A DNA stretch of 55,895 nucleotides, filler included, from Sphacelaria rigidula (taxonomy: Eukaryota): the NCBI GenBank assembly GCA_964200075.2. It is 3 parts of 3 records of this genome, joined end to end, with 100 filler letters (N's around TTAATTAATTAA, not from the genome) between each part and the next. Parts side by side here need not be neighbours in the genome. Positions count along the whole stretch, not along the records: positions 18,676 to 37,240 come from CAXNAA020000836.1; positions 37,341 to 55,895 come from CAXNAA020000837.1; 1 more part is not named here. The stretch is one strand, 5' to 3'. Below, piece by piece: positions 25,701 through 39,565 of the stretch; positions within the stretch are counted from its first letter, which is position 1; every line of letters begins with the position of its first letter. A model generated the notes under the pieces. It saw nothing but the letters and a program-made list of their open reading frames with translations. It searched no databases and was not told where the DNA came from. Both the position numbers and the translations under genes were made by a program.

Positions 25701-28700
25701 AGTACTCACGCCACAAAGCAGGAGGGAAAAGCGATGGATATCACAGTCGCCATGAAAATGCGATAATAAACAGTGAATAACGGCAATAATGAAAAGGTAC
25801 AAACGACACCATACAGGCTACAATTTCGAACCAACGCTATGGCGCTCACGTCAATCTTCTGCTCGCTGTCGTCGCCCTCCACCCCCTCGACCCTAGTACT
25901 CTTCTCGATCACACCACCACGCTCTCGACAAGGAGGCGCCGCCATCGACCGATCACCAACGGCAGCATCATCACCACTTCCACCGAGCCCCCCATCCTTA
26001 CTGCTATTTCTTGGTTCGGCCACGACCGCCGCGCTCTTCTTCGCACTACTCCTCCCCCGCCTCAAACTATCGGTTGTCCCCGCCGCCAAGCCACGAGAAA
26101 CTTCGGCGTTCACGCCTCCGACGGGGGGGGAAACGCCGTCGCCGGCCCCAGACCCCTTCACGTCGCCACCGCCACCCGCGCCTTGACCGAAGTCTCCCCC
26201 TCCGCCGCCGGAGTCTTTGCGTCTGATTGTGTCGATCGTATCATTACCTGCGTCGAACGCCTTGTTATTGTTGGTGGTGGTAGTCGGGGTGTTGGGGGTA
26301 AGGCCCATCTTGTTGATGCTGTTGTTCATGACGTTGTTGACGTCAGAGTCGGGAAGCGATGGGATGTCGCTATCCGACACACCCAGGTCCATGATCCCGA
26401 AGTCAAGATCTTGGAGAAGGTCTAGCGAATCGCGCCTGTCAAGGAGCCCACGCTCCATCATTGCTGCACACGAGTAAAACAGAAGGGTAACAGGCAGAGA
26501 GAGAGAAATCTTTGATGTTTCTGGAGGTCAATACACTAGCATCGAGGAAAAATGAACGAAGTATATATACCTCAACGAAAGGGGTGGTAGGTCTGCTAAA
26601 GGGATAGGCAGAGGGAAACGTTTCCAACACAAAACCAAAACTCCAACGACGAGTGGGCGGCAGCGTTTGAGGAACAGTGAGCACTGCGGATTAGCGAGTG
26701 GGGGGGAAAGCAAGAGTACCTCATGTATTGACTAGATGGGACGTTATTTTCCCGCACACACTGCCGTTATTTCACCAACCCCTCCGTCACGAGACTGTGG
26801 TTTCAACCCTGTATCGTTTCATTTACACCGAACTTCATCCTGGAAGGCGGGGAGGGGGTCACGTGGTGCGCTCACAATTTCACACGTCTGAGTGACTTAC
26901 AAAAGGGATAGGGGGTCATGTATGCATGTGCTTGGCGAAAGCAGCTTTCTTGTAGGGTGGACTAGAAAACGGTGGGCGAACAAACGCGGTTCAACATCAT
27001 GTGTACAAGGGGGATTTCTCCGACAAGTGAGCTGAGGGACAGAGATGATGAAAAAAAAATACAAGCATGCTCATGTGGTGGGCGGATGAGGAGACAGAGG
27101 CAGACTCGCTGACACGCGCCGCATCCTCGTCCTTGCGGTTATGAGTGATGGAAGAAAAAAATAGACAATTTAAATAGCACTCAACAAGTTGTGCGAATAA
27201 AAGGTACAGCCGCGGCGAGCGAATGCTGACGTACACACGCCTTCTGCCTTTCGCTGAAATTAGGTCTCTGCAAAATAAAAAATGAAAGAGTACAGTCGCG
27301 TTGTTCGAATTGTTTCATGAATATGCCTTCTGCCTTTCCTTGAAACACGTCTAGGTATGATTGGATTTCCTGAACGCGTTTTTCAATCATACTCGCGGTG
27401 ATAAACTTCACTAAACATCGGGCCTGGGAAATGACCGCGGTACTAAAATTTACTTTCAAATCCTTCGGCAAGTATAGGTCCATGACTGAGGCTACATTGA
27501 CCGACTAAAATATTCAACTTTAATCGACATGCGTAAATGGAAGCCTGTTCAACCGCTTTTACTCTTTCGTCTGCAGGAAAACACAAGCTCCGACAAAATA
27601 GGTGCAGCAGGGACCAAAATCGTGGAGGCGAATCAACCCGCCCGGATAGAAGGAGTTGTCGCCTGAGAAAGGTGTCAGAACAAGCCAGGGGCAAAAAAGC
27701 AAGACTTCAAGACTTCGAAAAAACATCATTTCCCTCGTTATGCCATCGAATTCTACAGACTACCAGTCCGCTGGCACGGCCAGGAAAAACTCGGTATCAC
27801 GCGAGTAAATGTGCTGAGTGACGAGGCAGTCGATATTATACACGTTGTGTCAGGGGTTGGCCTCCAAGGAGGCACTGCAGTGGTAAAGTAGACACGGCTT
27901 TGGCTGACAGTCCCGCGACGATTTGCACCACAACAGCCGAGTAGATGGAGCGCACCGTAACAGAGATGGAGGGAGATTCGCCGTTGCACATGTACAACAG
28001 ACGGCATGCCGTACGTATTATAGTTCGTGTCGCATGACATTGAATGTCTAGCAGCATTTGGTGTATAGTCAAGCGCTGAACTCGTAGAAGATCGACCGTC
28101 TCCCAACACAAGACAGCACACGAACTGAGTGGTGTACAAAATCGCTTTGGTGGGGGTGGATGATTCAATACCACCATAATAGCGTGATAGTGTGTGGAAG
28201 CTGGATCACCGATGTTTGCGGGACGGGTGAATCTCGATGAAACGAAATGAGACAAAACTCCACTGAACCGAAGGCAAAGAGAGCGGGGGAAATCCGTAGC
28301 AGTGGGGTGGGTAAACAAGTCACCGCAGGAGATACATACTGAAGTACTACCCCATATTTTTGAAAAAAAACATGATGCTCGTCACTTGGCTCACTGCACT
28401 GGTCTTCCTGCCTGCTCATCACGTTCACGAAGACACAACTGCACGTTTGTATTGCACGGCGTGCTCATAAAAAAAGCGAGGAAGGTAGAAAGAGGTTGGA
28501 CATTTCAAAGAATGTCTGACCGCATACACCCCCATAGATACGCTTTTCAAGGTGTGCAGCCAACAAACAGCTGCCGGACGCTAGTGCACGGCCTAGTACG
28601 ATGAACGGCGCATTTGATGCCCATTGACAACACAAGAAGCAAATAGTAGGATAGGTTTGGGGGTCTGTGCTCAACTTCTGCCCAACGCTACCCCAGGGTA

Positions 28701-31035
28701 CAACGAAGCCCCCACAATCGTTGCAAAATGCCAGTAGGAGGTCGTGAAATTTCAGGCCCTCGTGTCAGTTCAGTTGACGAGTGAGGAACCGCCGTTGGTT
28801 CACAACGATGGCACTTCAGATTACACCAAGTGGGCAAGTTACGGAGAATCGGTACAGAACCGAGTGCTGCTGAGACCTATGGGTGCTGAAGAATACTTGC
28901 ATGAGGTAAAACGCTCCTACCGACTCCCGAACGGCCAGAACGCGAGTCGGGGCCGAAACAAGACGACACTTATACTTGTACATGTCTGCAAACTTGAAAT
29001 AGCTTTCCCGGCTTTGCGGAACAATACGGCAGGTAGGGGGTCGGGTCATGCAGTACGGGGTGCACACGGTGATCGAGAGGCACCATTTCAAAGCGAAAGT
29101 GCGAAGCAGAAGACGGTACAGTATAGTTTGCCCTGGCTGGCGGTCATGGTCGATCAAGCTTTTGAAGGATCAAGAGAAAACTGATCACAACGTACGAAAT
29201 TAGAGAGGGTTCTTGAGCGTTCAACAGGGGCAAGATGCCAACATCTCAATATTGTTTGTAGGGCCCATCTCGTGGTGAATGAAGTCTGGGCCGTAGTCGT
29301 TGACTCACTGATTGTGTGGGTGAGCGGAAAAGTTCACGAGTACTCACGATGGACTTGATGTTTTTTTCTTTCGTACCCCGCAGGGTAATGTACTGTTGTT
29401 ATTACTGTTGTGACGAGTATCGTTTTGATACAACATAAATGCGGAAAAGCGTACCACAGAAGTCGACACAAGCACATGTGACTCGTGTAGCAGGTGGACT
29501 TGACATACTGGGAGACACGGAGGTGTAACAGAAACGGACGCCCGGTACAACACAAGGTCGGTCATGACAGCAATACATCTGAAGGTAGAATCCACAAAAA
29601 AATGGACACGGAAAAAATCCTTGTTGTAGGACTGAGGGTACCGATTTGTATACCGTACTGAGGTGCTTTGTAGTACCGTACGTGCTCCGCATGCCGCCTC
29701 TCACCTTCTAGCTGTGACGCATCCCCACGATCGTACAAATCCAGCGCGGCTTGCAACGCCGAATCCCCGCTGATAATCAAGTCCTTCAGCACACCCTTTT
29801 GGCTTTTGTCTATCAACCCTTTCTCCTCGAGGTCAGAAGCACTGCGCAGCCGCCCAGAAATACTCCCAGCGCGAGCTCGCTTCATGTGGGATATCTGATG
29901 CCCACAATTATTTAACGTTCATAATTGCATCAAGAGGGGTGGGTGGTGGTGATTCCGGGGGCTGGGAGAGGCGGAGGGGGGATGTTAGGTCGGGGTATGT
30001 TGCATGTTTTCGAATAGTTGCGCTGCTCAAGGAAATAATCTTGTACATACCCCACATTAGGAACCAACTTACTCGTTCTTGGCGTGTCGTTTCGGTACCC
30101 TGCTTGCGTGTGTGCCCTCGGGTGATGCGTCCCGTACCAAAGAATAGTCGGGTCGGTTGCAATCAGTAAAGATTCGCATTTCTTGGGGGGGCTCTGCAGT
30201 CTAAAAACAAGTGGAAATAAAGCAGGAGATGAAACGTCAACAGTAGGTACGTCGACAGGCGGAATAACAGAATACTGAGCTCTGCACAAAGAAGGGGAAA
30301 AACACCGGCTCACTTCACGTGTGTGCCGCAAAGCAAACACGCGTGCATGATGATGACGTCTGTGTTGAAATCACGTGCATGATCAAAGGCAGAAAAAGTT
30401 TCAACACAAACCCGTGGAGGCAATTCGTTCAAAGACTGCCCCACTGGATATCTTTCCTTCATTGCTCAACTTCTACAGTAGTGGGCGGCTGTGAGGGGTA
30501 CACAACATGTAAAGCACTGTCGTCAAGAGAACAAGCACCCTGTTTCAAAGAAGTCACCTGTGACGGTAAAATTAACAAGCTTCATCGACAAAAAAGCCCG
30601 AGTGAAGGAGCACACGCATAGCAACGAAAGCTTGTCGCGAATCTTCGCTTTACGCCCTTCGCACTGCGAGTGTGATAGAGGTGGCACGTGCATATCGCTG
30701 GCACATACACGGCTGATCCTTCGCACATCCAAGCCATCTTGCCTCATCCTTCGTACATCCAAGCCACCTTGCTTCAAGTATTACATGCACACTCTGGACA
30801 CAAATATAAGAAACAAGTTGTAGCCCGTATGTATAAAAAAACGCCTTATTTTTGTCACATAAACGCACACCTCATAGCTCCCTGGGCCTATGTTCGGCGG
30901 TGTGTGCGAAAGCAACAGTCCTCCGTTTCCGAACATGGCCATTCCCTGCAGCAGCGGATCGTCGTTGAAAAGATTCATGTCCACGCTCCCAGACGAAAGC
31001 CCTCGCTGCACCGCAGCCTGATTCTTTCCTCTCAT
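22779..31035 (-). CDS. CCT-domain (CONSTANS/CO-like/TOC1) protein, 7 exons, ~795 aa
   Basis: Exons (minus strand): 30871-31035, 29705-29894, 25850-26463, 24832-24912, 24018-24536, 23112-23804, 22779-22904. All introns are GT-AG with matching phases; total 2388 nt. The spliced C-terminus RRKRIERFLEKREHR|VWTKMVKYDVRKNFADTRMRVKGRFVK is a CCT domain. The start ATG at 31035 is a best guess. Confidence 0.88.
25178..25646. mobile_element. Tourist-like (PIF/Harbinger) foldback MITE in CCT-gene intron 3
   Basis: About 210-bp diverged inverted arms, e.g. GGGCAACTTTGCATTTCCCGCTGGCCGCAC / GTGCGGCCAGCGGGAAATGCAAAGTTGCCC. TTA flanks both sides (25175-77, 25647-49). Confidence 0.8.
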
Positions 31036-34000
31036 GCGCTCGCCCTCTGTCCTGTCGGCAAACGCAGCTGCCCGCGCTACGATTTTGAAAAAACCACCGA
31101 CGACCCCGGAAAAACTATCCGGCGTTTGTGTGAAGCCGAGTAAAGGAGGGCGGATCAGGGATGGATATCGGATGTCGTGATCGCGATCACTTAAGAGCGT
31201 GGAGCTCACAAAAAATGCTGCTACCGTTACGCCAGGAATGATGCCTGTCGGTGTACTCCTGATTTTTATTCCGCGGTCGGGTTTGATGCCTCCCTATGCC
31301 CAACGTTTGATGTGTGAAAACAGGGGGGGGGATGCGCAGGGCTGTTTATTTGCTGCTGGAAACAGGACACTCAGGCTACAGGGCCTTGTATACAACAGGG
31401 AAAACTGAGTTGTTTATTCGAATCTACAGTGGTCATTTTTTCCTCGCGTTTTCCTCGCCAATTTAATTATTCCAGAATGCGGACGAAGCGAGCTCTCAAT
31501 ATTTTTCGGAGCAGTTTCCTGAATGAATAATAGTCTCATGAGGGTGCAATGTGTATACACCACTACGTGTGACAAGGTAGTCCAAGAGATCGCGCGCGGG
31601 GACTCTTGATATGCCAGTAGGTCCCCTGTAGTTCAATCGGTCTTGTACGGATCTATCGTAGTCTAGGTGCTCTTTTTTCGTGCAGATATTTTGTTTCTTG
31701 CCTTCCTCATCGGGCTGTATGAGTGGTGTGCTCCTTGCACTCTGTGACCACGGGTTCGAGAGATTGAGCTAATATAATTAACATAATATAGTAATGAGTG
31801 AAGTGGTGATGGATATAGATGTACACAAGGTGTACTACGGGTGGGAAAGGTATTTCGTCATTTATTTTTTGACAAGTTTCAAGTAAATGATATGCACAGC
31901 AATGTCATTTGAGCAAGATTTGAGTGACGGTATAGAATTACAGTTGTGACTAGATGAGAACTTTGGCGCAAGAAAGTTAGTTTGAAGCCTAAACGCTGAC
32001 GCGTCACCTGACAGACATCGATACCTTTTCTTCATGATCATCTCTCGTGTTATTTTACAGCTGCATGGTGGTGCGTAGTTCGAGATGGGCAAGGTTAAAG
32101 TTCGTCAATGAATCAAACCAATCAAGTGGTGGCATATACGGGTAGTTTCAGGGTGTGCAAGTGGTGGTCGAAACGTGAAACGTACGTGATACATCAACAA
32201 ACGGGTCTGAATATATATTATTCAAGAATATGTTATGAGGAAAATCACATAATTCGAAGCCTCGAGACCTGATCTGTCTGGGGGTAGAGCACCGTAATAT
32301 ACACTGCAGCTGGAAGGCTCTTATCGCACCCTTCGAAAAGTATGGCTGAGTACGCAGGACAGGTGAGGTTGCAAACAGGTGACAAGATTTCCGCAATATG
32401 AGCATGAACCCAATCCACCCCAGAGATGCCTCTCATATCTCCACCAATCCTGCTCAACCGTAACAGGAAATGCTTCGACAAATAGAGGCGGATGGTTTTC
32501 GCCTGATGGGCGCAGTAGAACACACATGAACCGACCCAGGACATTAGCGTCCCACCCCAGTGTGGGTCGTCGTAGCGACATGGATCACCTTATGGGTTCG
32601 GATTACGAGTATTGTGTGGGACTATCCTGAATCGCCACAGGGTACTCCCTGTTGTCCCTCACTGCTGTCGTGTTTCGTCCTGGTCTTCCGAAATGTCTAC
32701 TGCCACGCTCCGTTCATTCACGTGCCCGCTGGCTGATAGATGTGGCCAATCGCCCACGAATCCCGTCACCCTAGATGGAAGGAACTTTGTTTGGAGTTGA
32801 AGCCCCATACACGCATCGTGACGTATCCATTACTGCGACAGCCTGCCACGCTATCCAGGGTGTTGACTTGCAAGGAACATACGCGCGGTACCCCTCAACA
32901 TCGTCTCATTGCCCGACGGAACACCCTGGCAGACAGCCGTGGCCGTCCTTTCCCACAGACAGTTCGTGTACGGGTTTTACTACAGTGTGCTCGTATACCA
33001 TATTGGCTGTTTGTGCCGTGCCCTGATCTACTCCATTTTACGCTATTTTCTGTTACACGGTAGTGACCAAGGCGTTCAAACTGCCGTAACTCGAAAGTGC
33101 AGTGCAACAGTTATAGTACCGACAACAGTGCAGCAACTTGCGACACAAGGCAACAGTTCCTCGTTTCATCTCGTGCGTCAATTAACGGAATGCCGGAGAT
33201 TCCGCCCACCCATCGATGGGAATCCTTCCTCTGTACTCCTTGATTGTGACCTTTTTTTTACTTGAACCCAGCCTCTTCCTCGTGACGAGTCTGTGGTCTC
33301 AAGGGATCAACCAATCTCTCCCCGGAACTAGTGCATAGCTGTTAGCATGGACTATGCTCCTTGCACACTGGACCGGTTTGAGCTGATTCATTCACTGGTC
33401 TCTTTGAAGCCGTTCGCCTAATTTCCCACAGGGCCAATTGTTCCGTTTTCTGTTCAATTCTCAAGCATGGATGGGCAGTACAGGAGTTGAGCAAGACAGT
33501 CTGGGCAAAGTTGTCTGTGTTTCCTGCAGGTGGCTGGCCTACACGCTCTTCTCTAGGCGATACCATGTTGTATATTCATGTAAAGCGGTGTTTCAGCTCT
33601 AAAACTTACGAAACAGAACAGCACAATACTTGAACTTGTGTGGAAAATAGAAAATGGACCTCCGGCCGCATGAGCGCGTAGCGCCGGGGTCGCAGGAGAC
33701 CTTAGTTGGCGGGCGAAAAATCGAGAGTACCGTGGCATTTTCAGGCATTTTGCCACGACACGCAGGGCGTGAGTGGCTCAAAAAACGTAATTTCGAACAA
33801 AAGGCCTTCGAAGATGCGATCCACGCGACTCGTACTTCTGTTGCAGTGGCAATCAAGCACGCCCCGGATAGATGGTGAGCTAGCTCACATTTCGTGTAAA
33901 GCTCGAGCCGGGGCAAATATGAGTGGCTCATGTAGTTCCCTGTAGCTCCTTATCGGGACAGATGAACTAGCTCATGTAGCCCTCAATAGCTCACTCTGAG

Positions 34001-36269
34001 CAAATGTGTGCAGATCAGCTACCGCCTGTGGTTTACCCTCGAAACATGATCATGACTCATGTACATGCCTCCTTGTACTGTGTTGTTCCTTTTCAACAAC
34101 ATGGAGGCAGTATTTTTGGAAATATGACGCCCCAACACAGTACACCTGGCGTCTGATGACGCTGAAAGTTGACGTATGTGTGGACTGAAGCCGCAGGTAG
34201 GTGTGGACGCAGCGGTTTCGGCGACCCGAGGCGTTTTGCATGCTGCGCGGCTCGAAAGGACGACCATGCACGATGCTGAACTCTTCCGAAAACAAGGACA
34301 CTTCCAAATGACAATTCTAGAGGATGACAATATAAAGTCCGCGCGCAGGCAGGAGTAGATCTTGCCGTCCTCGTTGTTTACGTCGGCCCCTGTCGGGCGA
34401 GGCTGGTACCAAGACCGGAAATATCCACCAATTAAGGTTCTCCATATGTCGGATGCAGATTCCCTCGGGTTATATACGCCGTGCCGAGCAAACCGCGGCC
34501 GAACAGTGCAGCCGAAGCGAAGAGTGTCTTCTGTGAAGGACCACTGCGGACCTGTTCCAGACTCAGCGTGCTCGTTACAACGACGGCCTGAGAATAACAG
34601 GAGCAGTTGCGGTAGTTTTCTTCCATCAGACCCAAACGGATATTCTTCCCTCGCATGCTCCCACGTGAATATTTTCGCCTTTCTGTGACGTGCGCGTGGT
34701 CACCCCTGTGCGGTATTTTCACTTGGTTTCAAAATAGGACAGAGTGCGAGTTGCAATTTGATATTTTTTTACGGATCGATCGCGGGTATTCTAGCCCTGT
34801 CGAGGCGTGGCTCGCATGGTACAATCAGTACTACGTGTACAGTTCTTTTTGTACTGCCACTAGGAACATACCGTATCAACGTCGTTGGGTATTGCCGTGT
34901 CGGGATTAGCATCAGGCTGCCAAATGCGCGGTCACTAGTCTGTAGCGCGAGGTCGAGGTATCCGTACTGATGTGGAAACCACTCTTTCAAGAACGCACGC
35001 CCCTCTATTCCCGGCATATATGACTCCTTAGAACATGACCGTTCCACTTGACACAGCGGATGATGAAATATAGTTTTAATAAATTGTTGTTGTCTTCACA
35101 TTAAAAGAAAACGTTCCGATATCTGCGCGGTACATTTGCACTCGGCATCTGATGCAAACGCCTTCCGTGGTCACAGGCTAGCCACCTATAATAAGGTATG
35201 AAGAAATCGAACAAAACCAAAAAAAAATAGACCTAGATTAAAACTCACAAAACGCGATATAAGCAAAACAGGGATAAATAAAGAAAAAGAGAATACAAAT
35301 GGCTAACATCAGAGATACGGTGCCGCAGGTGGCCATTCGGACTTCAGGGTATGGCACCCGCCTTTCCAACTCAACGCGCGAGGTCAAGTAGGAATGAACC
35401 TAGGGTCCGACTACGGGCAAGACTTGAGGCCCCGAGTATCACCAACCAAAGAACTAAGAATCGCAAGGTTCCATCTATCAACCTCTCGAGGGACGGCCAT
35501 ACGTACAAGCTTCCCAGGTGTATCAAGACAAGCACCGCATGACATGACGACACCCCTCATCGGGAGAGTTCACCTCCCCCCCCCCATCACTGTGTTATGT
35601 GGGCTTCGTTGGTCTCCCCTCTAATCGTACGCAGTCGGCTGGCCTCCTCTTCATGTCTGTGCCATGAAATGCTCCACAATATTGGAAAGCAACAACATTA
35701 TGTAGTTTTTCTCGGCAAAACGTGCGGGGGAAGCCACTGAAAAATACGGGTGGTCAGTTTCCAGAAACGTGGGGGGGATGAGCGAGGGGGAAATTAACTC
35801 GGGCAACAACGGTTCGCGATGCTGTCACCAATTGATAGTCGCACCACATCCGTCTCCTGCATGTCGTGAACCTCGACTTGAATACACACACCGTTGTTGT
35901 CACTTTACCGTGGATGCACTTGCCCCTCCTCCTTCCTGATTCTCCCACATTGAACTGCCTCACCTGACTCATGACACAGGCAATCATGCAAGTCACTGTG
36001 TCCTGAAATAGTTTCTAGACACCGCAACCACTATGAACATCTGGGAAATTCTTCCCGCTCCTGCAAAGATAAACTATTCTTCCCGAGCAAAGAGTTTTGC
36101 CATTTTTTTTACTCATCGACACATGAGTCGAGTAGTTTTCACTAATTTCTTGACTTTACCGTATGTTGTTGTATCCTCTTCACGACCATTATTTTGATGT
36201 AGCATCCATCATGTAACATGCAACCCGGCGTCACGAGCCGCCTCCCCTGGATGAGGTCTCTATTTGTCC

Positions 36270-36620
36270 CTCTATTCGGTGCCTTGACCAGGCTGTCGAT
36301 CTCGCTGCTACGTCTCTCGGCGAAAGCTTCTGACAACAAACTGCAAATGGCGTCGTTATCCCGCACGTATGGCTTCTACGCGTCGGATTTCCATGTGCTT
36401 TATTTCTGCAACATCCCGAAGTTTACTCCTGCCGCGGACGAACGTGTGGCGCCACCAATCCACAGAGAGTGCAGCGCGAGACTTCGATCAAAACGCGACT
36501 GTATAGAATCACTTTCCATGCGAAAAACTCTCGGGAAACTGCGGGATTTTCTTGGACAGCGAGAGTTTTCCGAATATGTCGAGAAATGCTGGTCAGTTTT
36601 GAGTGACATTCAACTGTTGG
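36270..36620 (-). pseudogene. Tyrosine recombinase remnant of a DIRS/Ngaro-type retrotransposon
   Basis: Motifs in order: SLKTDQ (~36590-36605), ALHSLWIGGATRSSAAG (~36428-36477; HSLRIGGAT box), WKSDA*KPYVR (~36361-36393, catalytic Tyr region). Contains stops and an internal deletion. Confidence 0.75.
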
Positions 36621-37240
36621 ATCAGGGGCACTCCATACACACTGCTCGCATACAGCACCGGCAATGACCGCAATGGATTTAGACGAGCTGAACAAAACAC
36701 CTTGGAGCTGTTCTTGACCGGGTCGCGTGAACAATTATCACTGCCTCTAGCTACTTGTGATGAGCTGCCCCGATAACCCCGGTAGGGAACTCACACAGAC
36801 GCTGGAGTACCCATCGCGCAAGTTCTGGACAACGAGACGACAATTGATGGGCGCTGGCAGTGGCGAAGAAGGCATATGTATGCTTCGCGTTGTTGCGTGC
36901 CGCCTGCTGCTGTATCAATGAGGGTGTGAGTGACGGATGGCCGTATGGCGCACCCTGCATCTTGTTTTCGAGATGCAAATGATTATCACCACCGTCTGCA
37001 CGCAGGCTAGATGATGGCCTTGGGTGTACAATCACCCAGGGAATTCCCACGAACTAGAAGGCGGACTTCTGATAAAAACCAGATTCTCTAAAGAAAGTCA
37101 CTGTAGAGAGTCCTCCGCCCTACCTTTATTCAGTGACTTATTACAGACTAAATTTCAGGTTGTATAGCTTCCCATTTGGGCGTTATGTACAGTAGTCAGC
37201 GTCAGAAGTATGCAGAATCCGTAATTTCTTAGTTTCTCAA

Positions 37241-37340
37241 NNNNNNNNNNNNNNNNNNNNNNNNNNNNNNNNNNNNNNNNNNNNTTAATTAATTAANNNN
37301 NNNNNNNNNNNNNNNNNNNNNNNNNNNNNNNNNNNNNNNN
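37241..37340. other. Assembly gap with artificial TTAATTAATTAA spacer
   Basis: 44 N + 12-bp spacer + 44 N. Confidence 0.97.
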
Positions 37341-38334
37341 TACCATGGAATTAGCGTACAACTTATGTGCAGTATCAGAGACCAAGGTATCAACGTGCTT
37401 ACAAGAATGTCCGCCTGCTTGCCTAGCGCCTATTTTGTATGTACCTGAGAAGAAATGCCGGCGAAAGAGTCGCAGATACTTTACCGGCCACGACCGCTGA
37501 AACAGCTGCTGCTGCCGGAGGAAACCTTCCCGGCATGCGAGGTCGACGAGTTTCAAATAGTCGGGGAGAATAAAATGAAGTAGCCCATGTGCATGCATGA
37601 ACATCAGACGAGATGCAGGAACTCGATTGAAAATAGCGTGATCGATAGGGCACGATCAAAATTACAACGGGGTGTGTATAGGGCTTTATCATCCAGCAGA
37701 CGCACGCAATCCACCTCCGTTGGCTGCATTTATGATGCATTTGTTTTCCTTACGGGTTCACGATAGCGCATTTGAGTACCCTGAATACCAAAATATATGT
37801 CGTGTCCGGTGTCTAATCATCAGAAGTATGACGGCGGGAAAAAAAATCCGACGGCTTCATATGCGTTTTAGTACCCTCCTATAATTGAAAGCTCATTGTG
37901 ATTCAGTGTTTACCGGTCCAACACGTTCCGAATAAAAAATTCGACTCAACATCCTCGGGTCCTCGCAGCAAACAGCTACATCTGAAAGTTGGGGCAACGG
38001 CATAGTACACATATGTGCCATTACCCCGGAAGGTATTCGACGTGTTGAGTGTGTGTACGCATTCATTTGCTTCTCGAGATTGGTGTAGCGCTTGCTCGAG
38101 CCGACGAAAAAACAGAGCGTACGCCGCCAAAACGTCCCAAGACTCATCCACCCCTCCTCTCCACCCGCCCCTCCCCCCCGCATGTGATTGAGCTATTTAC
38201 TGAGGGAGAGTGATCTACGAAAGAACCTGCCGACTCGTCGTAGATGTGCTCATCCTGCGCCCTCTCATGGTGTGCTCTCATGCCATGTTCGAGGCGCAGG
38301 ACAGGAAGAGGGGGGAAAGGTGGCGGGCGGGGGG

Positions 38335-38470
38335 TGGGGTATACTCATGATCATGCATGCCATAGTCATAAGACCATTGACCTCGCAGCGGGGGGGGGGG
38401 CGTACTCATTTGTTGCTTGCCTTAGTCATTTGACCATTGACCACGCATCCCTTTCGAGACGGAGCAGCAG

Positions 38471-38505
<35 letters not shown>
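38335..38505 (+). repeat. Two tandem copies of a dispersed ~70-bp module followed by a poly-G tract
   Basis: GTACTCAT...GTCAT..GACCATTGACC.CGCATCCC module, also at ~1830-1960, ~40415-40495, ~48430-48505, ~53783-53870 and 55735-55895. Confidence 0.8.
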
Positions 38506-39303
38506 GAGAAGGCGCGGCCAAACAAATACTAGTGGCGAAGCCATGCCGATAACACATGTGCAAAGGGGACAAATCCACGAAAAGAAGACGCTTCGAGTAA
38601 GCACCTGAAGATGCGGCAATACGCGTGCAAAAAAGCGGGGCTTGTACCGTAACGAACCACGTCGTGTATTGCCATACGCGAGTGACGAAGGCGCTTGTAA
38701 TTACGGGACGGTGCCATCGTTGCACAGACAGGATCACAACAAGTCGTCATCCATGTACGTGATAGATTACTTCACGACTCGAAACTGCAGAACAATCTGG
38801 GTTGGTGAGGTGACAGGTCCCCCGCAGGACGGGGATATGTTTGGGGGATACACACCTAGCTGTGACTCAATTCGAATGGTCGTAAAGCAGAGGCACATTC
38901 TCGAGGTCAAATGGTAGTTTTAAAACGTTCGATGTCCCATCATGCGAGGCATGCAGTGTGTTTGCACATCTATTGTAGTACGAGCCTCAATCTACAGTAT
39001 GATAGGCCAGTTTGGGTTACCTGAGTGAGTACTGTGGGACCAGAGTGCGGAGAGACTGGTGGAAAAGGCCGGTCGGTCACCTCAACACCGCCGACGAGTT
39101 TGCACCGCCCTTCCACACGAGGAGATGCAGGCATCCATTGGGGATGCGTTACTTCGCAGTCGTTTGACTACCATGGCTTGCGCATGGCAGGGTGGGTGAG
39201 AGGACGTGGGGGCAACCATTTATCGAGGCGGAAATGAGGTAATCGCGTAGGATCTCGACAGACTTGAAGAAAGCAGATGTTGGTTGGATTCGTGTGACGT
39301 TTA

Positions 39304-39565
39304 GAGCAATGCTACGGTAGGGGTGCACTTTTTTCGCGACATTATGTCTAGTTCAGGGGCTCCTATATTCGCGATTCAAGATGCACAAAAATATGGGTCA
39401 GGACATCCCCGTTTGCAAATTCATTCGGGATGTCCCCAGCACATCGGAGTAGTAATCCTGGCGTACTTTCACATATTTTCAAAGGTCGTATTTTGCTTGA
39501 GATAAAGGGCTCCTAACAATTCTAACCTCAGAAAATATATGTGCACCCCTACCGTAGCATCACTC
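39304..39565. mobile_element. MITE with 25-bp TIRs (Harbinger-like)
   Basis: GAGCAATGCTACGGTAGGGGTGCAC ... GTGCACCCCTACCGTAGCATCACTC. Left flank is TTA; the right TSD is not intact. Confidence 0.75.

Noticed and set aside
22980-26477. Plus-strand ORFs of 80-210 aa
   Set aside because: Antisense shadows of GC-rich CCT-gene exons.
27181-29184. Coding-like fragments in CCT intron 2 (possible pogo or other transposase debris)
   Set aside because: No motif clear enough to assign a family.
33875-34002. Cluster of AGCTC motifs
   Set aside because: Irregular spacing and no matching terminus; probably TE subterminal debris but unsupported.
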